Shown: positions 13,738 to 25,757 of the stretch, piece by piece
How positions within the stretch are numbered: the first letter of the stretch is position 1
How the letters are laid out: every line of letters begins with the position of its first letter
Assembly: GCA_002633005.1 (NCBI GenBank)
Contig: NMRA01001138.1
Span: 12,696-50,452 of the forward strand
DNA: 37,757 bases
Direction of reading: 5' to 3'
DNA from: Phoronis australis
Taxonomy: Eukaryota; Animalia; Phoronida
Translations under genes and position numbers: made by a program
Notes under the pieces: model-generated
The model's database searches: none
What the model was told of the DNA's origin: nothing
What the model saw: the letters and a program-made list of their open reading frames with translations, nothing else

Positions 13738-15359
13738 AGTAGAGATGCCTTTAATAAAGGGACAATGTCTCTCTAATTGAGAAGCCATACGGTGGCCAGA
13801 GGCATGACATTTGAATTATAGGATTACCATAACAATACTTCTGTTTCTTTTCAAGATATGTTTGAAGGACTGTATAACACAATATATGAAATTGCTTAGC
13901 AATACAAGTGTTTGAGATTTGCCTAGGAATAGCAGTTTCACCTTCAACAGTGGTGGTAATATCAGGTGTCCCAAAAGCATTCAGCTGATATAGGAGCTAT
14001 GGGATGTCCCAATAAAAATTGGCACAAAGTATGTTATTTCCATTGAGAACATGAATTATGTAAGAAATGCTGTAAAAATTCTTTAATACCCTGACACATC
14101 CTTGGGGATGATTGATAATGAGGATGTTTTCTGTTTTTCATCGTAGGTTTGGCCTAGTAATTAAAAATACATCCAATCAAGATCATGTCAGAAATTTATT
14201 AATGCCCAGGCTTCTAATTGAAGCTTTATCATAGTCACAGGTCTTTGAACAGCAATTCAGCCATGACCACAAATATCAAGGCTTTAAAATCACATTTAAA
14301 GCCAGTCGAGAGCAGAATCCCACAAATTACAACGTCAAACATACACAGGAAGGAATTGACAGAACAAACTAACAACTTAATGAATCCTTCCCATTCAATG
14401 CAGAAACTCTAGTATAACAGATTACAAGTTACTAGCTTGTGAAAGACCATTTCAACTGGTAAATTAACATGAGCACCTCGCCTATGAATATGAACTTGTC
14501 ATAGAATTTACAAATCGCAGTGTTTTCTGATACACTTGTAAGCTGTGAGTTTCTGTAATGTATAGTGAAGATACAAGTTCGTCAAGCCAAGATAGGTTGT
14601 TACTTGAGAGAGGACATGGAGAACATTCTGGAGCTATTCATTCTTGGGTATGTAGATCAACATGTTTCTTGAACAGCTCAGCAGTCAGATTGCTGTACGG
14701 CAGTGCCAACACTTGCAGAACAAACAGCCAGTATGATGACTTGCCCTTCTCTGTTCACAAACCATGGTGGTTCCATTGACTTTAAAAGGCTTTCAATGAT
14801 TGATTAATTTTGAGTAAAAAACACATAGTGCAAGCACCAAAAGGACAGCTGATCATCCGGATCCAAAACACGTTTCTCCTCTAAAAACTGAAAGTGAAAC
14901 ATCTCATTGTACACATTGGTGACACCACGCCACATATGTCGCCACAGTCTTCCTGTCCTCGGATTGTGCACACTCTTTCCTTGAATGGCACTCCCTCTGT
15001 CCAGGCCACGGAACATTTCCATGAATGCACCATGGTCACATCTAACTCGCGAGGGTGCACCTTACTTCATTACCGCTTTTTGAAAGCAATCAAGGACAGT
15101 TGTAGAACAGTTGTTAAAGGATGCTTTCCCATACACCAGGAACCGAGTGTCACTGTCTATTCCAGTATCTAAAACAAAAGATGTACTTATAGCGTATGTA
15201 AGACAAGAAAAATATAGCCATGTTTCTGAACAGTTAGTATTTAATATTAAAAATGTGATATGCACATTAGCAACAAACATTTGTGGCACCCCATGTAAGC
15301 ACATTTGCAGTACTGCACCAAGGCACTCGGTCTCACAGAGGCTACTATCTTTTATCAGA

Positions 15360-15474
15360 AATTGTAGTTGAAACTTGATCATTCGTGACCCACTAAATAC
15401 CTTTAAACAAATAAGCNAATTATAGTTGAAACTTGATCATTCGTGACCCACTAAATACCTTTAAACAAATAAGC
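15360..15474. other. 57-bp tandem duplication around a single N; probable assembly join artefact
   Basis: 15360-15416 and 15418-15474 differ at one base and flank the only N in the window (15417). Confidence 0.85.
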
Positions 15475-15507
15475 AGAAACCATGAGGTGAAATTTCAGCT
15501 GACTTAA

Positions 15508-17637
15508 GCCCGTCACATTTGTCGTATGACAGGACAATATGTGATGTGTCGGCGACAGAAGTTGAGGAAAATCACAATAGTGAAGAGACCGTGGTACAAC
15601 ATTAGGGACACAAGATGGCACACAACTGACATTTTATTTTCTGCTTTTTGCATAGAACATTAGTATCCCCAAACTATTACTTTCTCATTTTCAAGTTTTG
15701 TACCATAGCTACCATCAAACAAAGTTTTGAAAAATTGTGAGCATTCACAAGATTAGAAGCCTTTAAAAATAAACAAGAGCAATGCAGGGCGTTGAAATGC
15801 GCCCACACATGCTCAGAAAATGGAGTGCTTCTAAGGGTATTTATTTCTATCAGAAAAATGGCCACTAGATGGCGCAAAATACGTTGAAGTCATCTGAAAG
15901 CAGAAACAGGTCTTTAATAGAAAGCTATCAGATTTCATAAAAATCCGTCAAGGAACTTCAGAGCAACAGAGGAAAACAGAAAAAAATGAAATTGTCACCA
16001 AGGGGCACATCATTGATTACATCTGTCTGAAAATCGTTATCATCGTCCGTAGTCAACTTCATATAAATACACTTGCTAAATTTCATAAAGATTCTGCAGT
16101 GGGTTTAGGAGAGTACAGCTATGTCTGCAAAAAAACAAAAGTGCCACAGTAGGCGAAGTCCTCAGAAAAACACGGTCAACCATCCTCTTCACACTAAGAA
16201 CATATGTGCTAATTTTCACAAACATCCTTAGAGTGGTTTGTAGGGTTCATAGAGGGGCAGACGCCAAAAATAGACAAGAAAACAGTAAAAATTGCCACTA
16301 GATGGCGCAAAATACGTCCAACCCATAACAAAATAGGAAAATGTCACCACTTCTTTAATAGAAACCTATTTACAAAATTTCATACAAATCCATCAAGGAA
16401 CTTCAGAGAAACAGAGGAAAATGAAAAAAAAATGAAATTGCCGGAAAATGGTGTCATACCACTAATTGAAGCCCATGTGAAAAATTTCATGAAAATCCGT
16501 TGAGGACATTTGAAGATAGAGGTGAACATAAAAATAAAAATTGCCACTAGGGGGCACACCGATAGTCCGATCCGTCTGAAAGCCGTCGTAGTTTGTTGTC
16601 GACTTCATACAAATACACTACCTCAATTTAGTACAGATCCTGCATAGCGTTAAGGAGATACAGCCATGGGCACAAAAACAAACAAAATTGCCACTAGGAG
16701 GCGCCACAGCAGTTGAAGTCGTCAGAAAATCATCGGCAGCTGTCCTCGTCATAGTAACAACCTATATGCCAATTTTCATAATCATCCTAGGAGTAGTTTG
16801 GTTGATAGAGGGGCAGACACCAAAAAACAGACTCGAAGACAACAAAAATGGCCACTAGGTGGTTCAAAATACCGCAAATATATCTGAAAACAAGAGGTTA
16901 GCGTCATCTCACTGATAGATGCCCATATTTCAAATTTTATGAAAATCATTTTAGGATCTCTGAAGATATAGAAATAAGCATAAAAAATAAAACTGCCACT
17001 AGGGGGCACACCGGTAGTCGGATAGGTCTGAAATTTGTCATCATCTGTTGTCAGCTTCATAGAAACACATCTATCAAATCTCTTCAAGATCCTGTGAGGG
17101 GTTTAGGAGATACAGATGCGGACGCACATAAACATGTGGGCGCATAAAAATGGACGGTTTTGGCAATTATTATGGTCTGAAATTAGTGAGATTTTACCGC
17201 ATTGCATGCCAAGAACAGCGTCGGCAAATTTTGAACTTGTTCAAAATCATTTCAACGTCGTACAACAGTTCTACAACAGATCTATATCGTAACACTGTGG
17301 TGCGATGCCTCACATTTGTTGTATGATAGTTGTACGACTGACATACGATCTTTGGGTTATCCGAGTCTAGAATAGTCCTACAATCGTACTAGACAACCGA
17401 CAGTCCCCCAAACGTTTTACCATCACGTACATGCTCTGGGACCATCGAACATTAAAAATATGACTACATATCATAACATCATTGGATGTCAGGCATACAA
17501 TGTCTTGCAACACCTTGGTTTAATGTCGTAGGACATTTGTACAACAAATGTGACTGCGAATATGTCAATACAGAAGACTATCGTACAACAGCATTTTTGT
17601 TGCCCTGCTAGCATCATACCACGAATGTGACACGGGC
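15508..17637. mobile_element. Non-autonomous TIR element flanked by TTAA, split by a nested Helentron-type element
   Basis: TTAA|GCCCGTCACATTTGTCGTATGA at left and TCATACCACGAATGTGACACGGGC|TTAA at right. Internal TCGTACAAC/GTTGTACGA repeats at 17250-17600. Confidence 0.78.
15771..17150 (+). mobile_element. Non-autonomous Helentron/HINE (DINE-1-like) element with internal ~145-bp tandem array
   Basis: Starts AAACAAGAGC. Subterminal inverted repeat ATGCGCCCACA 15797-15807 / TGTGGGCGCAT 17135-17145 is followed by an A run. About 9 diverged internal units carry CCACTAGRNGGCRC and AAATTTCAT..A.ATCC. Confidence 0.75.
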
Positions 17638-20600
17638 TTAAGCAGCATCTGTATACAGTTGACAGTTCCATTCCATCTTTCAAAGCATTCATGACAATTC
17701 TGGTTAAAGAACAAACAGTACCTCCACTATAGAGAACATAACATGAAAATTCACAGCTTGAGGCTAGATTAAATGCATTTAAAATTACTGCTGTCACATG
17801 CATGCATTTTTCTTCTTGACATAAACATCGTATGTATGTTTTAACATCACATTAAAAGCATTTTGTTCCAGTGTTCTGTTTCAGAAAACATCTTGAGAAC
17901 CATATTGAAAGTAAACAACAAATTTACAGGGCTCATTTTTGGAGCACACTACATGCCCTGGGCACAATTAAATTTCATACGACATACTGAAATCTTGTCT
18001 CGCACGTCATTTGGTATGTTAGTTTTCCTCAGCCAGCAACTGAGCACATGTGCCTCCAACATTTAAGTAGAACTTGCTCTGATTATGATGGTCGAACTAT
18101 TAATGCACATGGTACTTTAGTTTTCTCAATGCCCATTCAAGACTTAAGATAAAAGTACAATTTTGGTATATTTTTGGACAATTACTCCTATTTTTGTTAC
18201 TCCCAGAGTTGGGTGGAATAGTGTTTTTTCAAAAACAAGAAGAGTTGGTCTAAAATCGGAGCACCATGGTGCATCTGTATGAGGTGACTCGCACGCACAT
18301 AATTGCGAAGCTTAAGTACATGCACATATATGTGCATGTGCGGAACATTTGAGTAGGAAAGTTTGGCAAAAAATGCATTGACTTGTTTCACATGCGCTTA
18401 TTTGCAGGTTTTTACGGTAATTATAATCCACTGATAAATAATTTAGTTGAACTTTGAAGTGCAATTTAACAATACAAACCAACTGTGCCTCCAACAGCTG
18501 AGTCTAGTTGCGAGTCCGCAACCTCATTGTATTGTCTTGAAGACTTGGCATACTCCCTGAGGACGAAAAAACATCGACATATTAACGTCGAAGCCTATGC
18601 ACCATGCGTGGCTTTAGGATACAACTGTCAAGAGTGTGCATACTACTTCAAGTGATTGCTTAACAGTTACATAAATACAAAATGTAAAATGTGTCAAATA
18701 GGGATAGTAACTGCACTATTACTGTTTAACGGGGTTTGACACAGTTTGCCAAAAAGTTGAAAAGCAGTAGTCTAGTTGCCAAAAAGTTGACCCTGCAAAG
18801 TTGCTTACTGTAAATTTTTCTTTTGGAAATTTATTATATATGGTTAGGAGAATAAAAGTAACTTGGTTGCACTTAGTGCAACTTTGAGCATTTTTATAGT
18901 TCAAGATGGCGGCTTCCGCCACCTTGAATTTCGCCTAATTTCCACACTCTGTACATGATACCATGTAGGATCATGCAATTCATGGTTTCCAATGTTCAAT
19001 GGATGAGATTTACCAGAAACAATCTAAAGATTCTTTACTATACCACAAAAATGATACAATTGCATTAATCACCACTAATTAAAAGCCCTGTCCATCAAAT
19101 TGGTAGCAGCTTAAGCACTAGTCAGGAGACAGTGTCAATTCTTGAACAGTGGTAATGAAATTATTACATACTTCAGTCGACGTGATATGGTAGAGGAAGT
19201 AACTCCCATTGATTCGGCCATCTCTTGTCGTGTGAAGTTTGCCTTTATCATACACTCTAAGTGAGATGAGGTTCTGTCAAACTTTGATTGTGCCCAAATA
19301 TCGTTGCCCCTGCAATGTACATGTGTTTTCACATGTAATACACATCACACACTGAAATGTTAAACAAAAGAATAGAGAGCTTTCGTATATGGCCAGTTAC
19401 AGGATACCAAATACACATATATTCGTAAACAATATCACGTTGAAATGCACACAGGTGAGTTTTGGTCATGTAAAACGAGGGACATCTGTATGGAATCATT
19501 TTCAAATAGGTTTTTGGTACTAATTATTCAGTAACCAGTCATCCGTAAGTTCTCTATTAACTCGTGCAATAAATCTGGCAGCACTGAACACCTAGTCATG
19601 CACATAGGAATAACCTGAAAATGCTATTACCCACAGTAGAGGGATCTCAAGGTAAAGGTGACATGCTGGTACCTTTAATAAGCATCGGTTCAATTGTTAA
19701 AATTACACTGTGTTAAAAAGAGGTAGTCATATTACTAGTACTCATTCAATAGATTTACAAGGCCAAAACTACAATACGCAAACAATGATGCTCACTTGAT
19801 TCATATGCAGCTTGATCTGCCTCCTCCATTAACCTCCTAGCAAAATTCAATAGTTTTGCTGCATAAGCCTGATCAACACCACCACCAACAGCATTTTGTA
19901 TACTTCTAGTTAAACTAGTCAACCTGTAAAATAACAATAAGTTATTTATCAAACTGTTACTCTGGAAGGGCCAGGCACATTGCAAGACACTGAGAATATT
20001 TTTGTCTCAACATCAATTTCTGTGTAATAGATGGCTGGGCCAAATCCATTAATCATAGGAAACGACTCAAACATGAGAGTAAAATCGCCGCAAGGGCTTT
20101 TTGAAGAAATGTGGGCGTCCTGTTATAGGGACTGGTGCAAATTTTTAGTAAACACCTTTCACACAAGAATGCAAGACTGACAGATCACACAAAAATCTGG
20201 GGTACTAGTATCAAGGTTCAGTGTTCATGCCTATTGGAGTACCGTTCATTCAGTAACGTTACACATTCAAGGAATTTGCCAGCTTTTGGCCACATTCATT
20301 CAAGATATGTGTCTTTTTCACTATATAGTGTGTGGGAGGGGGCAAAATTTTCTGCGTAAGCCACTCTGAGGCCGAAACTTGCCTTGAGCTGCTGTACGTG
20401 AACTTGGAATCCTGCTTAATCTCAAGATTAAGCGGAAGTGAGTGTTGCGTGAACTTGAATACGCGAAGCAACTTGACAAGTTTACTCAAATAATCACGTT
20501 CATGTTGATAAAAATTTGCACTGCATTCAAATCAAGTTACTCCTGTTTTTGTCTCATGGAATACTAAGTCGATATATGATTGACAGCCTTTGTTCTTGTC

Positions 20601-21029
20601 AGTCACCTCAAAACATGACGATCTCATTGGTTTAGTCAACACACTGTAAAACCTTAACACTGATTGGTTCTTTTAAGAACATCCACACGAGTTCGACAGC
20701 ATCATTGACGCGTCAGCGTGTCAAAAATGACTCGTCACGTGTCAGAAAAGACCCGTCACAAGGTGACGCTAGGGGCGTTCCATACTCGACTGGTCCAACG
20801 CGTATGCGATAAAGCTAAAAATTATGCGAAATGTAAAATACAATATTCGTAAGTTTGCGTTTTGTTCGTCTTTAAACCACCCGAAGAATGTAATTAGTAC
20901 AAATACCCTCCATTTAATCATTATTTTTACAACCCTCGGAAAGCCTCAGAAAGTTGATATACTACATATAAGAGCCGATCATCTGTGGTGTACAAGTATT
21001 TTAAAACATTCGTGGATAACCATTTCTGC

Positions 21030-24000
21030 ATATTTTTATCAACTGATTGATTCTACTCACTTTTATACTAAGAGCCGTTTTGTTCAAATGGTTGTCGTAT
21101 GCTTTTCTAAAAACCGGGGAAGTCCTTCCAAAGTATGTGTGAAAAATAGGAATTTTCACCAGTGCTCAAACGCTGACTTTAATTAAAACTCGTGTGACTA
21201 TTGCTCAGTATTTGCGACATCAACGCATGATCATGATGCTCCTCGGTCTCCAAATTTCAGCTTATCTATCAACACAAAGTAATTCCGTGCGGTTGGCAGT
21301 AAAATCGTTCTTTGGGTTAGTGCAAGGCAATCCATCGACGGCGAATGATCATTTTTAGGCCGACGACCCAATGGAAGCACTAGTTATGGCTCACTTACCA
21401 CCTAGATGGCGCCCCGATGCAGTAGCAAAAACGATACCATTTTTGCATTAATGGCTAAGTGCTTGGAAAGTTTCGAGAATTTAATGAACTTGTAACACCC
21501 AAAACAAGACTTGAAATGAAGAGTTTGGGAACCGATGGTGGTTTCGAGTATGCACCGCGGTAGTTTGAGAATTCTATCGAGAATAAAGGAGTTAGGCGTC
21601 TTATTCACCACAACAAAACAGAGTTGCCGAAATGACTAATAGAACGAGTTGGGAGGGGCAAGATCCATGGTTTTAAATGTTGATCTTCGCAAACCGTGCG
21701 GGAGTGAAGGATATCAATGTTCAACCTGGACAGGAGCATTTGGTATGTCGTATGACGAAGTCGCCCTATAGACCTTATTCACGCGGCGGACATTAAAATC
21801 CAAAGCGAGGCTCACTGCGATAAACAAAGCTGAAGTTGACATTGCGTGAGTTAAATGGCCGGTCTTTCGAGTCCAACCTGGATATTAAATCTGAAAAATG
21901 TGTCAATAATTAATATCAGAGACGTAGAAAAATACATTAGAGAACAAGTCAATGCATCAAAAAGTTGTCTGACGAAAAGGTATACGTTTTTTCGGAAAAC
22001 TAGGTTCGAAACATGAAAAGTAGATATGACCAAATTACAGCGATCGTAGTGTTACGGATTAGGTATTATGTTGAATGCAGGGTTACGTTTCTTCTTGTAA
22101 ATTGTTGATAAACATGTTTTCTGCAAGTCATCTGCTTGTATTGTTGACGAGTTGAAGATATATTCGACAGTGGTGGCTTATAGCATTTTGCTGTCATGTG
22201 CAATTAGTCACATCACTTTTAATTTCTTGATCAAGAATATTACCATCAAGCATAGCCTGGTTCTGGTGAGGTAGAGACTACCGGGACTAACAGTTGATTT
22301 GTCAATCATCTGATGTTATTAAATATATTTTTATTTAAAAAAAAGCAGGCTCGTAAATAAAGATTTGACCATTTTTTAAATTGAAAAAAATCAAAAACGA
22401 GCACAGCCCGAGCAATCGCTTTCGCATTATATGCAGGTTCTCATTCACTCCCTTGCACACATTTACAAGTAATTATTTGACCATCAATTCTGCTATCCTG
22501 GTTTTAATAATTCTGACGTCTATTTCATATGTTAGGTTATTGAATCTGGACCGGTGAATTTTAAAATCAAAGCACCTAATTCGTTCGTCCAAAGCATAAC
22601 CTCGTTTTAGAGCTCAATTTCAGTTAACTGGACAGAGTAAGAAAAGTTATCATGTTTCTTCAGGGGCCTCGTTCATCCAAGGGGAAAGGTGCCTGTGTCT
22701 TTTTTTCGTCGAGTGCGGGGCAAAATCTACCTGCCGACCAGCATCCCCGTCCTGTTGCAAACTCTATGTCTCAAGTAACATTTTGTGCTCTTTCTGTGTG
22801 GTTACAGGTGATTTCAATCACTAGGGCCGGGGAGGTTTTAGGCCTCATGGAGGGAATTTCGGGGAATTTTTAAATATTTTTGAGAGGGGAATAGGGCCAA
22901 TATCCGGTCCCAAAATCGAGGAATTGAGGGCCTTGTCCTTTTTTGGGAAGAAAATGCATCATGTTTCAACCCCTAGTCATGAACACAGCGTGGCTGACCG
23001 AAGATTCTCCGGTCGTTGCTATGACTCTCGGCAACCGAGATGCGACAAAATATGATCTAACTTTTCGAAAACATTTATAAATTTTACACGGCCATATTTT
23101 CCTTCGTCGCGGCGTATGACAAGGACCCTGAGTACGCTTCCGAAACTCAACGTCTTTAGGGATTGTAAAACAGAGAGTTGAATGTCCGTATTTTTGCTAG
23201 CCGTTTCGAGCAATGCGGAATACAACCAATGTATGCCAATAAGCCAACGAAGCTATGTAGCTAGCCTCGTTTTGGAACCCGCCTCCTGTCGGCGTGAATT
23301 AGGTCTATAAAGTGAAGCAAGCACAAACTCGATATTTTTATGAAGAACGCCGTATTCCGTCAGAGTTATGCAGATCCATACGTTCTTCAGCTTCATGGCA
23401 ATAGCAAGCTTTGTGTGGTAGCCATCCAGGTAGACGGCATCATCATTTTGACAATAACCGAAGCAGACATGTTTACCAAAAGAAGCAATTGAAAGAAAGC
23501 TTCAAGATTGAGGATATGGGCGAGCTACATGTATACTCGGCATCAACGTCCAGCTGAGGCACGGAATAGTGACACTGGACAAGCACTAATAACTGACTAA
23601 ATTGTTGGAAAATTTGAAGTGCAAGACGCTATCATGGTCTCAACTTCGCTGAACTCTAACGTAAAGCTGATCTAGGAAGAAGCCACTTTGGTAGACACGA
23701 CATCTCTCATTGGCAGTCTTCTCTCTTTGGCTACGGCTACACGACCAGACATTGAATATGCTGTGGGAGCACTTGGACGATTCGACGAATTTCTGAATTA
23801 GGCACAAGTGACTGCTGCTACTGTAAGCGTGTCTGTCTATCTTAAAGAAATGATAACCTGGGAGCTCATCCACACAAGGACAAGCCTATGCGCAGCATAG
23901 GCGAGCGGTGTAGACGACCGGCACTCGACCAGCGGGTGCGCACCCATGATAACAGACAGAGCTGTCAGCTGACTTAGCAATCGTCAAGCCAGTTACATGT

Positions 24001-24320
24001 CACTATGAAGGTGGCCACTATCAAATGCAAAAGTAGGGGACATGGATCTGACATGTGCAGCTCAAAAAATTCTCTGGATGTTCCTTTTACTTCGAAGTAT
24101 TGGAGCGGAACCTCGGAGACTGTAAGGCTAATTGTAACTGCGGAGACAATCAACGTTCCATTAGAATGTCACAAAATCCTGACATGCAATGTAGGACGAA
24201 TCACATTAGCATCCGATATCATTATATTCGAGAGACTGTTCGTGAAGAAATCATTATGTAACAGTGTTGTCAAACGCACAAATCCATCGCTGGTAGAGAA
24301 CATAGGGAAGATTCGAGGCT
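21030..24320 (+). mobile_element. Decayed Ty1/copia LTR retrotransposon pol (protease?-integrase-RT-RNase H), internally deleted and interrupted by the 21770-23306 element
   Basis: Integrase: VLGKFREFNELV, TDGGFEY, YSPQQNRVAEMTNRT..GARSMV (21460-21700). RT: IQVDGIII, KKQLKESFKIEDMGEL, TRPDIEYAVGAL. RNase H: DRHSTSG, GDNQRSIRMSQNP..RTNHISIRYHYIRE (ORF 24055..24261). INT before RT is the copia order. Confidence 0.9.
21770..23306. mobile_element. Non-autonomous TIR element, AGACCT termini with AT duplication (ISL2EU-like; Academ-like TAG..CTA is the alternative reading)
   Basis: AT|AGACCTTATTCACGC at left and GCGTGAATTAGGTCT|AT at right. Inner motif TCCAAA(G/A)CGAGGCT is present at both ends in inverted orientation. 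Confidence 0.82.
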
Positions 24321-25204
24321 CTTAGAGATTATCCGTTCACCCAGCTATGGAGTTTGCACTTGTTTCTGTTCTTATTCTTGGTATACTCTGCTACACAAAT
24401 TTCGTCGTTTATCAATAGTAAGTTGACTACAGACATCATAAATGTTCACATTTTCGTAAAAATATTGCACAATTACAATTTACTATATTCACTGTACAAT
24501 TACATGTTTGACTTTCACCGAGGTCAGTACGTTGGTTTTCAGACCCCAAAGACGTGATAATGACCTGGGCCGCTTGCTCGTAATGAACAAACAAACACGA
24601 TTTGGTGTCATACATCGGTCGTTTTTATGAAGTACAATCAACAACCTTGTCATTCGGTACATAGCGTGATGTTGGGAACTGCAGTGCCTTGGTCCAGGTT
24701 TGTATTTACTTGATCCCGGTCTCATAAAAGTTATAGCAAAAATTGCGTCGCACTAACACACTTCATAATGCTAATAGAGAGATCCTGTTTCAGGTTAAAC
24801 GCAATCGCGAAGTTGTGAGGTTGGAATTCTCAGTGTTGACCTAAAGTTTTGCGCTCAAAGACGTGAGGATATGTGATTTCGCGTAAATGTCAAACGTGCG
24901 TTTTAATTACCAATCAGTCGTAAATGATATTTAAATAAATGCAAGTTTTTACTTTTTTTTGGAAAAGTTTGGTCACCCAGAAGTAGCTTAGTGCGCGTGT
25001 CTTACTCGGTTGCACGTCTAAAAATGTGGAAGATGGATGGAGCGGTTTTCATCCCAAAGGTAAATTGTGTAGGTTCTACTCTTCGTGGTAAGTAAAAGCG
25101 GGAGGCGGGCTTATGCAATTTTAAGTGGTTAAAGGGTTAAGGTAACATTTTTTAATGTCATTTAGTAAAAATGCGGTTCGTTTATTATCCCAGACACATG
25201 ACGG

Positions 25205-25725
25205 CGACATCCCGTTGTTCCCAACTTGTTCAACAACAAGTTGGGAAATTTACCCCCGTAGCCAGTATCTTACACGACTGATTAACTCCATTCTGGCATT
25301 TATGATTGGAGGGTCTGCGCTCTTTTGTTCGATAATTGTTCTAATCTCCGAACAGATCGTATCTAGCCTGACTGGGCTGGGCTGATAAAAATGAAAGCTA
25401 AGTTATAACATATTTGAGCTTAAACCAATAGCATTTCTGAATTCCTCGTCAAATGCTGATCACGTTCCGTTTTTGAATCACCAAAATCGCCCAACTACAA
25501 CAGAAGTTCAGACATTCTATTCTGTCCAAACGGATTACCAACGCACTGGGTTTGACTGTGTTCATACGCGTTCGGTAATAGCGTGCAATCACCATACGTT
25601 TCCTTTGAAACCTGGGAGATAATTGGCCTGCTTGTTATCTTACGGGACAAAAGACTGAGCTGGGCAGTTAACAAAAGAGCCAGATGTTATCGCACGTTCA
25701 GCACCCCTTCACGTCTGGAAAAGTT
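25205..25725 (-). repeat. Dispersed repeat, copy B (copy A at 7012-7516)
   Basis: Direct alignment with copy A, same orientation. Confidence 0.9.
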
Positions 25726-25757
25726 ACTGAACGACAGAACGCTGTAATGATTTGTTT

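Larger units (their letters stand above)
14490..19923 (-). pseudogene. Intron-containing integrase-core (IS3/IS481-like DDE) transposase pseudogene
   Basis: HTH exon 19309-19172 (FTRQEMAESMGVTSSTISRRLK) splices in phase 2 to an exon starting 18556 (EYAKSSRQYNEVADSQLDSAV). Catalytic exon from 15168: GIDSDTRFLVY...NNCSTTVLDCFQKAV..GAPSRVRCDHG...RGSAIQGKSVHNPRTGRLWR...LEEKRVLDPDD...CLHYVF...WNHHGL*TEKGKS. Stops, frameshifts and deletions present. The upstream exon near 19923-19760 is tentative. Confidence 0.85.
12357..20785 (-). mobile_element. 8.4-kb TIR DNA transposon, IS3EU-like, with nested insertions
   Basis: 59-bp TIRs 12357-12415 and 20727-20785 (GTATGGAACGCCCCTAGCGTCACCTT..., 55/59 identical by hand). 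They enclose an IS3/IS481-type integrase-core transposase. TATGG..CCATA termini fit my recollection of IS3EU. No clean TSD. Confidence 0.8.

Noticed and set aside
13850-14300. Possible HECT-like second gene of the TIR element
   Set aside because: Only vague resemblance in broken frames, with no catalytic motif readable.
15360-15474. Biological tandem duplication
   Set aside because: The copies flank a lone N, typical of an unmerged contig overlap.
15850-17115. CRISPR-like repeat-spacer array
   Set aside because: The intervening sequences are homologous to one another, units are ~145 bp, there are no cas genes and the context is eukaryotic.
22822-22976. TAGGG...CCCTA hAT-type MITE
   Set aside because: The TIR match is limited to 5 bp and there is no TSD.
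25100-25140. piggyBac-like right end AAAGGG|TTAA
   Set aside because: No matching left end found in the window.
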